Origin: Ilumatobacteraceae bacterium
GTDB lineage: Bacteria; Actinomycetota; Acidimicrobiia; Acidimicrobiales; Ilumatobacteraceae
Length of the DNA stretch: 64,000 nt
Assembly: GCA_024644465.1 (NCBI GenBank)
Contig: JAHEKY010000007.1
Coordinates: forward strand, 351-64,350
Direction: 5' to 3'
Part shown: positions 50,847 through 59,869 of the stretch, one piece after another
Layout: every line of letters begins with the position of its first letter
Position numbering within the stretch: position 1 is the stretch's first letter
The notes under the pieces: model-generated
Told to the model about the DNA's origin: nothing
Database searches by the model: none
What the model saw: the letters and a program-made list of their open reading frames with translations, nothing else
Translations under genes and position numbers: made by a program

Positions 50847-51659
50847 ATGACGAACGTCGGAACGAGCGGGTCGCTGCCCGCGCTCCAGCTTCGCGACATT
50901 CACGTTCGCCGCGACTCCACCACCATCATCGGCTCGATCTCGGCGCGAGTTGAGCGTGACGAACGATGGGTGATCCTCGGTGCGAACGGCTCCGGCAAGA
51001 CGACGCTCGTGCGGATCATGGCGCTGTACGACCATCCGACCTCCGGCAGCGTCGAAGTGCTCGGCGAACGACTCGGCCGAACCGACATCAGAGTGCTGCG
51101 CCGGCGCGTCGGATACGCCGCTGCCGCGCTCGCCGCCCAGCTGCGTCCCCAGCTGTCCGCGCTCGATGTCGTCCGCACCGCGCGGTACGCCGCACTCGAG
51201 CCGTGGTGGCACCGGTACACCGACGCCGACGACGACCGGGCTCGGTTCTGCCTCGACCAGTTGCATGTCGCGCACCACGCCGAGCGATCGTTCGGCACGC
51301 TGTCGTCCGGTGAGCAGCAACGGGTGCTGCTCGCCCGGACGCTGATGAACGACCCCGCCGTCGTGCTGCTCGACGAGCCGTCGGCGCGCCTCGATCTCGG
51401 CGGCCGTGAGGAACTGATCGCGACGCTGGGCGGTCTGGCGCGCGATCCCGATGCGCCCCCGATCGTGCTCGTCACCCATCACGTCGACGAGATCCCGCCG
51501 GGGATGACCCACGTCCTGCTGCTCCGCGACGGCGACGTGCTCGCGGCGGGCCCGCTGGACGACGTGCTCACCGCGGCGGCGCTCAGCGACTGCTTCGGCA
51601 TCGCGCTCGACCTCGAGCGACGGACGTCCGGGCGCTTCAGCGCGTGGGCTCGGCACTGA
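50847..51659 (+). CDS. ABC transporter ATP-binding protein (ModF-like)
   Basis: GANGSGKT, LSSGEQ, LLDEP, VTHH. Confidence 0.9.
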   Translation: MTNVGTSGSLPALQLRDIHVRRDSTTIIGSISARVERDERWVILGANGSGKTTLVRIMALYDHPTSGSVEVLGERLGRTDIRVLRRRVGYAAAALAAQLRPQLSALDVVRTARYAALEPWWHRYTDADDDRARFCLDQLHVAHHAERSFGTLSSGEQQRVLLARTLMNDPAVVLLDEPSARLDLGGREELIATLGGLARDPDAPPIVLVTHHVDEIPPGMTHVLLLRDGDVLAAGPLDDVLTAAALSDCFGIALDLERRTSGRFSAWARH

Positions 51660-52131
51660 CGGCATCGATCAGCGCCTCGCTGCCCAGGCGCACCTCGTCG
51701 TCGAGCACCCGCTGCAACACCGCGCCGGTCCACAGGTTGCCGCCGTAGTGGAGTTCCATCGTGAGCTCGGTCATGCCGCCATCGCCGGGATCCCGGCCGG
51801 CGTCGACGTGATCACCGCCGTCGACGCCGCCCAGCGTCGCGCGCAGGACCCATGGCGAGTGGCGCCGACCGTCGACCTCGGCACGGTCGAACACGACCTC
51901 GGTCGGGCGGTCGTGGACGGAACGGACCATCCGCAGCCGCTTCGAGCGGGCGAACGGGCCGACTTGGGCCTGCAGCTCGACGTTCCACGCCGGCAACTCC
52001 CCCGCCGCGGTCGGCTCCCGCTCGACGTCGTGCACGAGGCGCATCCACCGCGGGTACACCGCGAGGTCGTCGACCCACGCGAACAACAGGTCCGGCGAGC
52101 ACGGGACACGAATGCTCCGGCGGATCTCCAT
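51637..52131 (-). CDS. SRPBCC/START-fold protein
   Basis: LFAWVDDL..YP.W pattern; about 165 aa. Confidence 0.72.
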   Translation of the reverse strand: MEIRRSIRVPCSPDLLFAWVDDLAVYPRWMRLVHDVEREPTAAGELPAWNVELQAQVGPFARSKRLRMVRSVHDRPTEVVFDRAEVDGRRHSPWVLRATLGGVDGGDHVDAGRDPGDGGMTELTMELHYGGNLWTGAVLQRVLDDEVRLGSEALIDAVSAEPTR

Positions 52132-52136
52132 CGCCG

Positions 52137-52628
52137 TTACGTCGTCGGCCGGTCGTCGCCCCGGAACGCCCGCGCGAGCAGCGGGCTGCGCGCGGCCAGC
52201 AAGCCGCCGAGGTCGTCGGAACTGTCGAACGACGGCGACCACGGCTCGACCGCGTCATCGGACGCGACGTCCTCACCGTCGATCGTGTCGTCGGCAACGT
52301 CGGTCGTCGGCGGGTCATCACCGTCGACACCGAGTTCGAGCTGCTCGGCGGCCGATCCGGTGGCGCGGCCGCGGCGTGCGCCGCGCCGGCTCGGACCGGT
52401 GCCCTCGGGCGGGCGGAACAGGTGCAGGTCGGGGTCGCGCTGGTCGTCGAGCGTCCAGTTGCGCGGGACGACCATCGAGTCGGCGTGACGGCGACACAGC
52501 GCACCCGCGTCGTTGCTGGTCGTGCTCTCGAGCAGATGGTCCAGCCAGAAGATGAGATCTTCCGCGCGCATCCCGTACGCGACCGACGCAGGTTCGGAAC
52601 AACCAGGCCGCTCACAGAGTCTGCGCAT
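52137..52628 (-). CDS. DUF3499 family protein
   Basis: CERPGC...LCRRHA...VP.NW. Confidence 0.75.
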   Translation of the reverse strand: MRRLCERPGCSEPASVAYGMRAEDLIFWLDHLLESTTSNDAGALCRRHADSMVVPRNWTLDDQRDPDLHLFRPPEGTGPSRRGARRGRATGSAAEQLELGVDGDDPPTTDVADDTIDGEDVASDDAVEPWSPSFDSSDDLGGLLAARSPLLARAFRGDDRPTT

Positions 52629-52687
52629 TGCTGCGAGAGTAGCGCCACACGCTGCACCGTTACGGTTCTTGGTCGGCACGGTCTCGG

Positions 52688-52760
52688 TGGGCGATACAGG
52701 CATCGATCCTGTGACCTCCTCGGTGTGAACGAGGCGCTCTACCATCTGAGCTAATCGCCC
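52688..52760 (-). tRNA. tRNA-Val(CAC)
   Basis: GGGCGAT acceptor stem, TAGCTCAG D-arm, CCTCG-TTCACAC-CGAGG anticodon arm; atypical T-loop ATCGATG. Confidence 0.9.
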
Positions 52761-52810
52761 GTGCGGGTTCCACAAGTTAGCAGCGCGGATGCGGCTCCCC
52801 ACCGGGTCGG

Positions 52811-53425
52811 TCATTCCGACAACTCGACGCACGCCACGCCCATGCCCTGGCGGTCACGGTGCGGTTCCGTGCGGCCGGGGCACGTCCCGTCGAACGGGAT
52901 GAACGCCCGCACGACCAGGTCGCCGTCGCCCGTGCACGCGATCTCCCGGGCATCGTTGTCGGGCTCGACTTCGACGCAGTCGCCGTTGCGGAGGATTCCG
53001 TCCGGTCCGACATCGCCGCCGCCGTCGGTGAACTGGGCGAGCCCGACGACACCGATCGTGCCGACCGTCGCGGCGACGAGCATCGACCGCCACGGCACCC
53101 GTGCCGGCCCGTGGTGGCGGTACGCCGCCATCTGCGACGCGTCCCACGTCGTCGTCGGCTCTGCGGCCGCCGCGGGGCCGGTCGGCGATGAGGTGACCGG
53201 CCGCCGGCCCTCGATCGAGCGGTCGTACATCGCCCGCCGACCCGGGTCGTGGAGCACGCGGTACGCCTCGTTGATCGCGGGCATCGTGTCGCCACCGACT
53301 GCCGAGGACGACCGGTGGCGGTCGGGATGGTGGTCGCGCGCGCGTTGGCGATACGCGGCGCGGATCGCTTCGCCGGAGGCGTCGGGAGCCACGCCGAGCA
53401 CGTCGTAGTGAGTGCGCACTGCCAC
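52811..53425 (-). CDS. J-domain membrane protein
   Basis: HYDVLGV, HPD motif, INEAY.VL; TM helix and Cys-rich C-terminus. Confidence 0.85.
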   Translation of the reverse strand: MAVRTHYDVLGVAPDASGEAIRAAYRQRARDHHPDRHRSSSAVGGDTMPAINEAYRVLHDPGRRAMYDRSIEGRRPVTSSPTGPAAAAEPTTTWDASQMAAYRHHGPARVPWRSMLVAATVGTIGVVGLAQFTDGGGDVGPDGILRNGDCVEVEPDNDAREIACTGDGDLVVRAFIPFDGTCPGRTEPHRDRQGMGVACVELSE

Positions 53426-53451
53426 CGCATTCAAGTTAGCGGTGGGTGTGG

Positions 53452-53898
53452 TCAGTCGCCGATCGTGCGCAGGATCAGCTGCGACTCCGTCCGGGCGACG
53501 ACCTCGTCGGCACGCACCCACCGCACGAACGCGTCGAGGCCGGGCGCGCCGGCGCACTCGACGATCACCTTGTAGTCGGCGGAGCCGGTCACATAGGCGG
53601 CGAACACGACTTCGTCGCGGGCGGTCAGCCGTGCCTCGAACGCGTCTGCACCGTCGCCGGGCACGAGGCTGACGTCGACGATCGCCCGGACACTGCGGCC
53701 GAGCGCGGCGGGATCGATGCGCGCCTGGTATCCCGTGATCACACCGGCGGCCTCCAAGCGGCGGACCCGCTCGGCGACCGACGTCGGCGCGAGATGCACA
53801 CGGTCGCCCAACTCCCGCCAGCTGATTCGGGCGTCGTGACGCATCTCGGCGAGGATTCGAAGGTCGATGGCATCCAAGACCGAGGATTCGACTTCCAT
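53452..53898 (-). CDS. Lrp/AsnC regulator (AldR-like)
   Basis: LDAIDLRIL...ERVRRLEAAGVITGY; divergent from ald. Confidence 0.9.
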   Translation of the reverse strand: MEVESSVLDAIDLRILAEMRHDARISWRELGDRVHLAPTSVAERVRRLEAAGVITGYQARIDPAALGRSVRAIVDVSLVPGDGADAFEARLTARDEVVFAAYVTGSADYKVIVECAGAPGLDAFVRWVRADEVVARTESQLILRTIGD

Positions 53899-53960
53899 TG
53901 GGCCATCTTGCCACGCGAATGGCTCCGAAACCATGGTGTGAGAGGGAGCACGATGACACC

Positions 53961-55094
53961 ATGAGCAGCTCTGCCGCGCCCGTCATCTCCACCGTCGGGG
54001 TACCGACCGAAGTCAAGACGGCCGAGCACCGCGTCGCGCTGACGCCCGACGGCGTCCGTGACCTCGCGGCGCGGGGCGTCCACGTCCACGTCCAGGCCGG
54101 CGCCGGCGAAGGTGCGTCGATCCACGACGACGACTACGTCGCCGCCGGTGCGACGATCGTGCCGACGGCGGCAGACGCGTGGGCGCAGGAGATGGTCGTC
54201 AAGGTGAAGGAGCCGAAGGAGGAGGAGTTCCAGTACCTCCGCGAGGACCTGACCCTGTTCACCTATCTCCACCTCGCCGCGTACCCGGCCGTCGCCGATG
54301 CGTTGCTCGCCGCGAAGACGACCAGTGTCGCCTACGAGACGGTGCAACTCGACGACGGTTCGCTGCCGCTGCTCGCGCCGATGAGCGAGGTCGCCGGCCG
54401 CCTCGCGCCGCAGATGGGAGCACACTTCCTCGAGCGCCACGCCGGCGGCCGCGGCGTCCTGATGGGTGGCGTGCCGGGGGTCAGCCCCGCGAGGGTCGTC
54501 GTGCTCGGAGCCGGCAACGTCGGGTGGAGCTCCGCGGTCATCGCGGCCGGCATGGAGGCGGAGGTCACCGTCCTCGACCGCAACCTCGACCGGCTCCGCT
54601 ACGTCGACCAGATCCACAAGGGCCGGATCTCGACGCTCGCGTCGAACCAGGGGTCGATCGAACGCACGGTCGTGGAGGCCGACCTCGTGATCGGCGCGGT
54701 GCTCGTCGCCGGCGGCCGAGCCCCGGTCGTCGTCACCGAGGACATGGTCCGTTCGATGAAGCCCCGCTCGGTGATCGTCGACGTCGCAGTCGACCAGGGC
54801 GGCTGCATCGCGACCACCCGTGAGACCACACACGAGGACCCGATCTACGAACAGCACGGCGTCGTCCACTACGCCGTGGGCAACATGCCGGGCGCCGTGC
54901 CGCACACGAGCACCTATGCGCTGACGAACGCAACGCTCCCCTTCCAGCTCGAAGTCGCGCTGTTCGGCGCACTCGGCGCGGCCCGGGGGAACGAGGCGCT
55001 GATGCACGGTCTGAACACGCACGCCGGAGCGCACACGAACCAGGTCGTCGCCGAATCGCTCGGCGCGACCGCGGTCGACCCGTTCGCCGTCTGA
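53961..55094 (+). CDS. ald: Alanine dehydrogenase
   Basis: EHRVALTP, VKVKEP, FTYLHLA, PMSEVAG, VAVDQGG, NMPG. Confidence 0.95.
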   Translation: MSSSAAPVISTVGVPTEVKTAEHRVALTPDGVRDLAARGVHVHVQAGAGEGASIHDDDYVAAGATIVPTAADAWAQEMVVKVKEPKEEEFQYLREDLTLFTYLHLAAYPAVADALLAAKTTSVAYETVQLDDGSLPLLAPMSEVAGRLAPQMGAHFLERHAGGRGVLMGGVPGVSPARVVVLGAGNVGWSSAVIAAGMEAEVTVLDRNLDRLRYVDQIHKGRISTLASNQGSIERTVVEADLVIGAVLVAGGRAPVVVTEDMVRSMKPRSVIVDVAVDQGGCIATTRETTHEDPIYEQHGVVHYAVGNMPGAVPHTSTYALTNATLPFQLEVALFGALGAARGNEALMHGLNTHAGAHTNQVVAESLGATAVDPFAV

Positions 55095-55164
55095 CCGGCT
55101 CGTACTCACCGGTTCGCGACGTCCACTGAGAGCGGGCCGCGAACCGGCCCCTACAGTCGGCGCA

Positions 55165-56397
55165 ATGACCGACACGGTGACGACGGTGCACGACCTCGAC
55201 GTCCCGGTCGTCGAGCCGCGCGACACGGCGGGAACGCACGAGGACGCGGTTGCCGCGATGCGCGCGATCGCGGAGGAGAGCTGGATCGCCCGCGGCATGT
55301 TCGGCTTTGCGATCACCCGCCACGAGGACTGCGTCGCGATCCTGCGCGACCGTCGCTGGCACAACGCTGCTGCGAAGATCCCGGAGTTGATGGGGATCAC
55401 CGACCCGGACCTCGTCAACCGTGACCGGCCATCGATCCTCAGCGCCGAGGGCGACGTCCACACCCGTCTGCGCCGGCTCGTCGGCAAGGCCTTCTCCCCA
55501 CGCGCGGCGGACCGTTTGCGGCCGTTCATGCGCGAGGTGATCGACGAGTTGGTCGACCCCGTCGCGCCGACCGGGCGCGCCGACATCGTCACCGACATCT
55601 GCGAGCCGTACCCGATCCCGATCATCTGCGAACTGCTCGGCGCCCCGCGTGAGGACTGGCAACTGTTCTCGCGCTGGGCCGAGGACGTGCTGCGGATCTT
55701 CAACGGCACGGTGCTCGACGAGCTCGACGTGATCAAGCAAGCCCAACTCGAACTCAACGAGTACACCCGCGAGATGATCGCCGTGCGCCGCAACGATCCC
55801 CGTGAGGATCTGATCACCGACTTGATCGCAGCCGAGGAGGAGGGCGACCGGCTCGACACCGAGGAGCTGGTGATGATGGTCAACGCGGTCATCGTCGGCG
55901 GTACCGACACCACCCGCAACCAACTCGGGTGCACGCTCGCGCTGATGACGGACCACCCGGACCAGTGGCAGCTGCTCGCCGACGATCCCGACATCGCGCC
56001 GCAAGCGGTCGAGGAGTGCCTGCGGTACTTCGGTGCAGTGCGCGGTACCGGCCGCTTCGCGAGCGAGGACATCGTGTATCGCGACGTGCTGTTCCCCGCC
56101 GGCACGTTCGTCTTCCCGTCGCTCGCGACGGCGAATCGCGACCCGGCCGCGTTCGACGACCCGGGCACGTTCGACATCCGCAAGACACCGACCGGCCAGC
56201 CCCACCTGACGTTGGGTTCGGGCATCCACTACTGCCTCGGCGCCCAGCTCGCGAAAGCCGAATTGCAGGAGGCGCTGAAGATCCTCGCCAGACGGATGCC
56301 AAACCTGCGCGTCGACGGCGAGATCGACTGGAAGCCCGCAACGACGGCGATCTACGGCCCGGCCCGTCTCCCCGTCACGTTCGACGCCGAGTCCTGA
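55165..56397 (+). CDS. Cytochrome P450
   Basis: GGTDTT, EECLR, GSGIHYCLG heme motif. Confidence 0.94.
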   Translation: MTDTVTTVHDLDVPVVEPRDTAGTHEDAVAAMRAIAEESWIARGMFGFAITRHEDCVAILRDRRWHNAAAKIPELMGITDPDLVNRDRPSILSAEGDVHTRLRRLVGKAFSPRAADRLRPFMREVIDELVDPVAPTGRADIVTDICEPYPIPIICELLGAPREDWQLFSRWAEDVLRIFNGTVLDELDVIKQAQLELNEYTREMIAVRRNDPREDLITDLIAAEEEGDRLDTEELVMMVNAVIVGGTDTTRNQLGCTLALMTDHPDQWQLLADDPDIAPQAVEECLRYFGAVRGTGRFASEDIVYRDVLFPAGTFVFPSLATANRDPAAFDDPGTFDIRKTPTGQPHLTLGSGIHYCLGAQLAKAELQEALKILARRMPNLRVDGEIDWKPATTAIYGPARLPVTFDAES

Positions 56398-56610
56398 CGC
56401 ACGCCCACGAGCCGGCACGCTGGTTGTCGTGCGCGGGCGCGGCCGGGGATCCTCGTCGCGGTCGTGGACGTACCGGCAGTGCGGGTGCCGAGTCACGTGT
56501 GGCCGAATCACGGGTGGTGGCCGGGACTCGGCGCGGGCCACCACGGTCCGCGTCCTCGACCCTCGTTGCGGCTCGGACGGCCGGGGGTTCCGCCGACCAC
56601 CCGCTCAACG

Positions 56611-57984
56611 TCAGTTGTGGTTGCGGGGTGGTGGGTTGAAGTGGAGCCAGCGAGTGTCGAGGCGTTCACCGTAGGGGTGTTGGTAGATGCCTGCAGGTTG
56701 TGGTGGCGGCGCCCCGGGGGGCTTGGGTCTGGCCCCGGACGCCCAGATCCGGTCGCCGGCCGCGAACGTGAAGGTCATACCGTCGGGTTGGTCGGCGTTG
56801 CCGGTGATGCCGAGGCGGCCTTGGTGGTGGAGACGGTGGTGTTTGGGGCAGAGCGCGATCAGGTTCCAGGTGTCGGTGGGGCCGTCGTCGAGCCAGTGGA
56901 TGATGTGGTGCACTTCCAAGAACCGGTGACGATCACAACCGGGCACACGACAGCCTGCGTCGCGGTGGATGACCAGGCGGCGGGTGCGTTCGGGCACGAT
57001 CCGCTGCCGCCGCCCGACCGACACCGGCGTGCCGTCAGCGGTGAACACAGGATCCAAGACGCCGTCGCAGGTGAGGTGGCGGCGCACGGCGTCGGGGATG
57101 TTCCACCCGACGACGTCGGTCGCAACGGCATCGGTGTCGAGGTGGATCGCAATGCGGTGCCGGTCACGGCGCGCCGCCTCGGTCACGGTGTCCAGGGAGC
57201 GTTCACACACTTCGCGGATCGCGTCGACCCAATCAACGGAGTCGTTGCCATTGCCGTTGCTGGTGGTGAGGAACAGTTTGTCGCGGGCTTCGGTGAGTGC
57301 GGTGGTGATGATCATCCCGGTGTGCGCGTCGGTTTCGAGGTGGAGTCGGAACCGGTCGTCGTCACCGGTAAGGAACGAACACACGTCGCGCGGCGCCGGC
57401 TCACCGCCATCGCCGGCGGTGGCGTCCGTGGCGTTGGATACGTCGGATTCGGCGGTTTCGTCGGCGGCGGTACCGGTGCCGGTGCCGGTGCCGGTGCCGG
57501 TGTCGGCACCGTCGACCGCTCCGACACCGTCGCCATCCTCTGCGGTGGCCGGCGCGTCGGGGTTCGGGATGTACGGGAAGTCGTACTTGCCGACCGCCCG
57601 GCGGACCTGGGTCACCGTCAACCCTCTGGCCAGCATGGACAGTTGGGTGTCGGTCCACCACGGGGCCCGCTTGGCGATCGGGGTCAGCTGATCGATCGAC
57701 AACTCGCCACGCCGCAAGGCGTCGACACACTGCGGCAATTCGTCGGCGCGTTCGGCGATCGTGACGATCTGCCGGGCGCGGTGCGGTGACACCCCGACCC
57801 GCCACGCCAGATACTGCGCCATCGTCCACACCCCCGGCCCCTGCCACAGTGACTTGTCGGCCAGCAGCCGGACGGTGAGATCGACAAGACGGCCGTGCTG
57901 GGCATTGAGATGACCCGCGACATCATTCAACTCCGCCTCCACCTCGGCGGCGGGATCAACAGCGATGTCGGCAACAGCGGACAT
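56611..57984 (-). CDS. DUF222 + HNH endonuclease protein (13E12 repeat family-like)
   Basis: N-terminal DUF222-like helices; LTCD; RDAGCRVPGC...EVHHIIHW..GPT...NLIALCPKHH. Confidence 0.88.
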   Translation of the reverse strand: MSAVADIAVDPAAEVEAELNDVAGHLNAQHGRLVDLTVRLLADKSLWQGPGVWTMAQYLAWRVGVSPHRARQIVTIAERADELPQCVDALRRGELSIDQLTPIAKRAPWWTDTQLSMLARGLTVTQVRRAVGKYDFPYIPNPDAPATAEDGDGVGAVDGADTGTGTGTGTGTAADETAESDVSNATDATAGDGGEPAPRDVCSFLTGDDDRFRLHLETDAHTGMIITTALTEARDKLFLTTSNGNGNDSVDWVDAIREVCERSLDTVTEAARRDRHRIAIHLDTDAVATDVVGWNIPDAVRRHLTCDGVLDPVFTADGTPVSVGRRQRIVPERTRRLVIHRDAGCRVPGCDRHRFLEVHHIIHWLDDGPTDTWNLIALCPKHHRLHHQGRLGITGNADQPDGMTFTFAAGDRIWASGARPKPPGAPPPQPAGIYQHPYGERLDTRWLHFNPPPRNHN

Positions 57985-57991
57985 GAGAATC

Positions 57992-58042
57992 AGTATATCG
58001 AACGGGTGTCTTACTCAACTCTGTTCTACAAACTTTTGTTCG
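57992..58042 (-). promoter_or_regulatory. Leaderless promoter with two LexA (SOS)-like boxes
   Basis: -10 TATACT 7 nt before ATG 57984; AAGAC-ACCC-GTTCG abutting it; CGAAC-AAAA-GTTTG at 58029-58042. Confidence 0.55.
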
Positions 58043-58077
58043 TTCCTCCGATCGTTCGTCCGGAAAATGGTGGGGGT

Positions 58078-58341
58078 TCACGTCGGTCCACCGACGAGTT
58101 GGTGGCCACTGATCGTGAAGTGGCCGATCGGCGCGCCATCGACGACAGCCACGTGCGTCTCGAAGCCTGACTCGGGCCGGAACCAATCGCGGAGTTGCTG
58201 CCTGGTGCCGTTCGGGTCGGGGGCATCGACCACACCGGCGAGCAACTGCGCGGAGTACGTGTCCCTGAAGCACCGGTCGTGATAGTTCGCGACAGCATCG
58301 GCATCGTCGGGGGTCGCCGAGCGGATCTCGATCCCGTCCAT
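58078..58341 (-). pseudogene. Truncated GNAT acetyltransferase (N-terminal half)
   Basis: MDGIEIRSATPDDADAVA...HVAVVDGAPIGH ends at 87 aa, before the acetyl-CoA binding motif A. Confidence 0.6.
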
Positions 58342-58557
58342 GGATCGATCCTGACAGGCCCGCCGGCGGACGTGCGATCTGGACCTCGACGAACGATGAT
58401 CCGACCGGGCTCGACTGCCTCGCCCCGCGGACTGCGCCCGAGCGGCGGTCGAGGTGGTGACGAAGTTCGCACCGGCGTCACCCGAACGCCGTTCTCGATC
58501 GTCTGTCGTACGAGGGGGTTGACCCGACGGTCGCCCCTGGACCGAAGGGGGTCGGAC

Positions 58558-59349
58558 ATGGCACGAGCGGCACGTCACCTCGGCGGAGGGCCGGCCGGCA
58601 TCGGCGAATCGGCGCGACGACTCAGCGACACCGTGGTCGGCAGCCAGGCGTGGGGTTCGATCTTCCGGCCGGGTTCGATCTTCCGCAAGGGCTACACCGA
58701 CAGCCCCCGCAACCGCAGCTACGTGATCATGAACTCGGTGCTGTACCACCTGCACCCGGTCAAGGTGAAGCGCCACGCGGTCAAGGTCAGCTACACGCTG
58801 TGCCTCGGCGGGCTGAGCTTCTTCCTGTTCATCCTGCTCACCGTCACCGGCATCTTCCTGATGTTCTTCTACCGCCCCGAGACCACCGCGGCGTGGAACG
58901 ACATGCAACACCTGCAGACCTCGGTGACGTTCGGTCTGCTCGTCCGCAACATGCACCGCTGGGGCGCGCACCTGATGGTGCTGACCGTGTTCTTGCACAT
59001 GGCGCGCGTCTTCTACCACGGCGCCTACAAGCCGCCCCGCGAGTTCAACTGGGTGATCGGCGTCATCCTGCTGACCCTGACGATCGGCCTGTCGTTCACC
59101 GGCTACCTGCTGCCGTGGGACCAACTCGCACTGTGGGCCGTCACGGTCGGCGGCAACATGGCGGGCTACACTCCCGTGTTCGGCGAGCAGGTCCGCTTCG
59201 TGCTGCTGGACGGCAAGGAGATCGGTCCGGGCACCCTGCTGCGCTGGTACGTGCTCCACGTGCTGTTCCTGCCGTTCATCATCGTGATCTTCATGGCGAT
59301 CCACTTCTGGCGGGTGCGCAAGGACGGCGGCATCTCCGGACCGCTCTGA
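58558..59349 (+). CDS. Cytochrome b6-type (short) cytochrome b subunit
   Basis: CLGG, RNMHRWGAHLM...HMAR, TGYLLPWDQ, LHV...IHF, C-terminal GISGPL. Confidence 0.9.
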   Translation: MARAARHLGGGPAGIGESARRLSDTVVGSQAWGSIFRPGSIFRKGYTDSPRNRSYVIMNSVLYHLHPVKVKRHAVKVSYTLCLGGLSFFLFILLTVTGIFLMFFYRPETTAAWNDMQHLQTSVTFGLLVRNMHRWGAHLMVLTVFLHMARVFYHGAYKPPREFNWVIGVILLTLTIGLSFTGYLLPWDQLALWAVTVGGNMAGYTPVFGEQVRFVLLDGKEIGPGTLLRWYVLHVLFLPFIIVIFMAIHFWRVRKDGGISGPL

Positions 59350-59368
59350 CCGGGCCGATCCCTCGCCG

Positions 59369-59794
59369 TCAGTCGTCGACGGCGGGGCGGCGGCGCTGCT
59401 GCTTGAGCTCGGCGCGTCGCGACTTCGCGTCCAGCCGGCGCCGCTGCGAACCGCGCGTCGGCTTCGTCGCGCGTCTCCGGCGCGGCACGTGCAGCGCGCC
59501 CCGCAGCCGCGACGCCAACCGCTCTTCCGCCAGTGCCCGGTTGCGCGCCTGCGACCGCTCGTCGTCGGCGACAACCCGCACGGTCGCGCCGAGCTTGGCG
59601 AGCACCCGCTCCCGCTGCGCATCGGTGAACGCCGCCGACGACACGACGTCGAACGACAACTCGACGCGTGTCGCGGCCTTGTTCGCGTGCTGCCCGCCGG
59701 GCCCGCCGGACGTCGTGAAGCTGACCGCCAATTCGTGGCGCGGAATCCGCACGCGGTCGGTCACGACCAGGCGTTCGTCGCGTTCGGCACCCAT
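59369..59794 (-). CDS. arfB: Alternative ribosome rescue factor ArfB
   Basis: SGGPGGQHANK, RSQARNR, basic tail TKPTRGSQRRRLDAK. Confidence 0.93.
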   Translation of the reverse strand: MGAERDERLVVTDRVRIPRHELAVSFTTSGGPGGQHANKAATRVELSFDVVSSAAFTDAQRERVLAKLGATVRVVADDERSQARNRALAEERLASRLRGALHVPRRRRATKPTRGSQRRRLDAKSRRAELKQQRRRPAVDD

Positions 59795-59869
59795 CGGCAC
59801 AGTGTCGCATCCGTCACGACCGCCGCGCTGGACTCATCCTGCGCGCTGCCTCTCACCTACCGTCACGGA

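Noticed and set aside
52629-52832. N-terminal extension of DUF3499 through tRNA-Val, or an integrated element at this tRNA
   Set aside because: The real start is probably the leaderless ATG at 52628; no integrase or duplicated tRNA 3' end is seen.
53739-56225. 828-aa minus-strand ORF
   Set aside because: Antisense to the well-supported ald and P450 genes; Ser/Arg-rich shadow translation.
56398-56610. 3' half of the interrupted GNAT gene
   Set aside because: The minus-strand frames I read give no GNAT motif A or recognisable continuation, so a clean insertion with target duplication is not supported.
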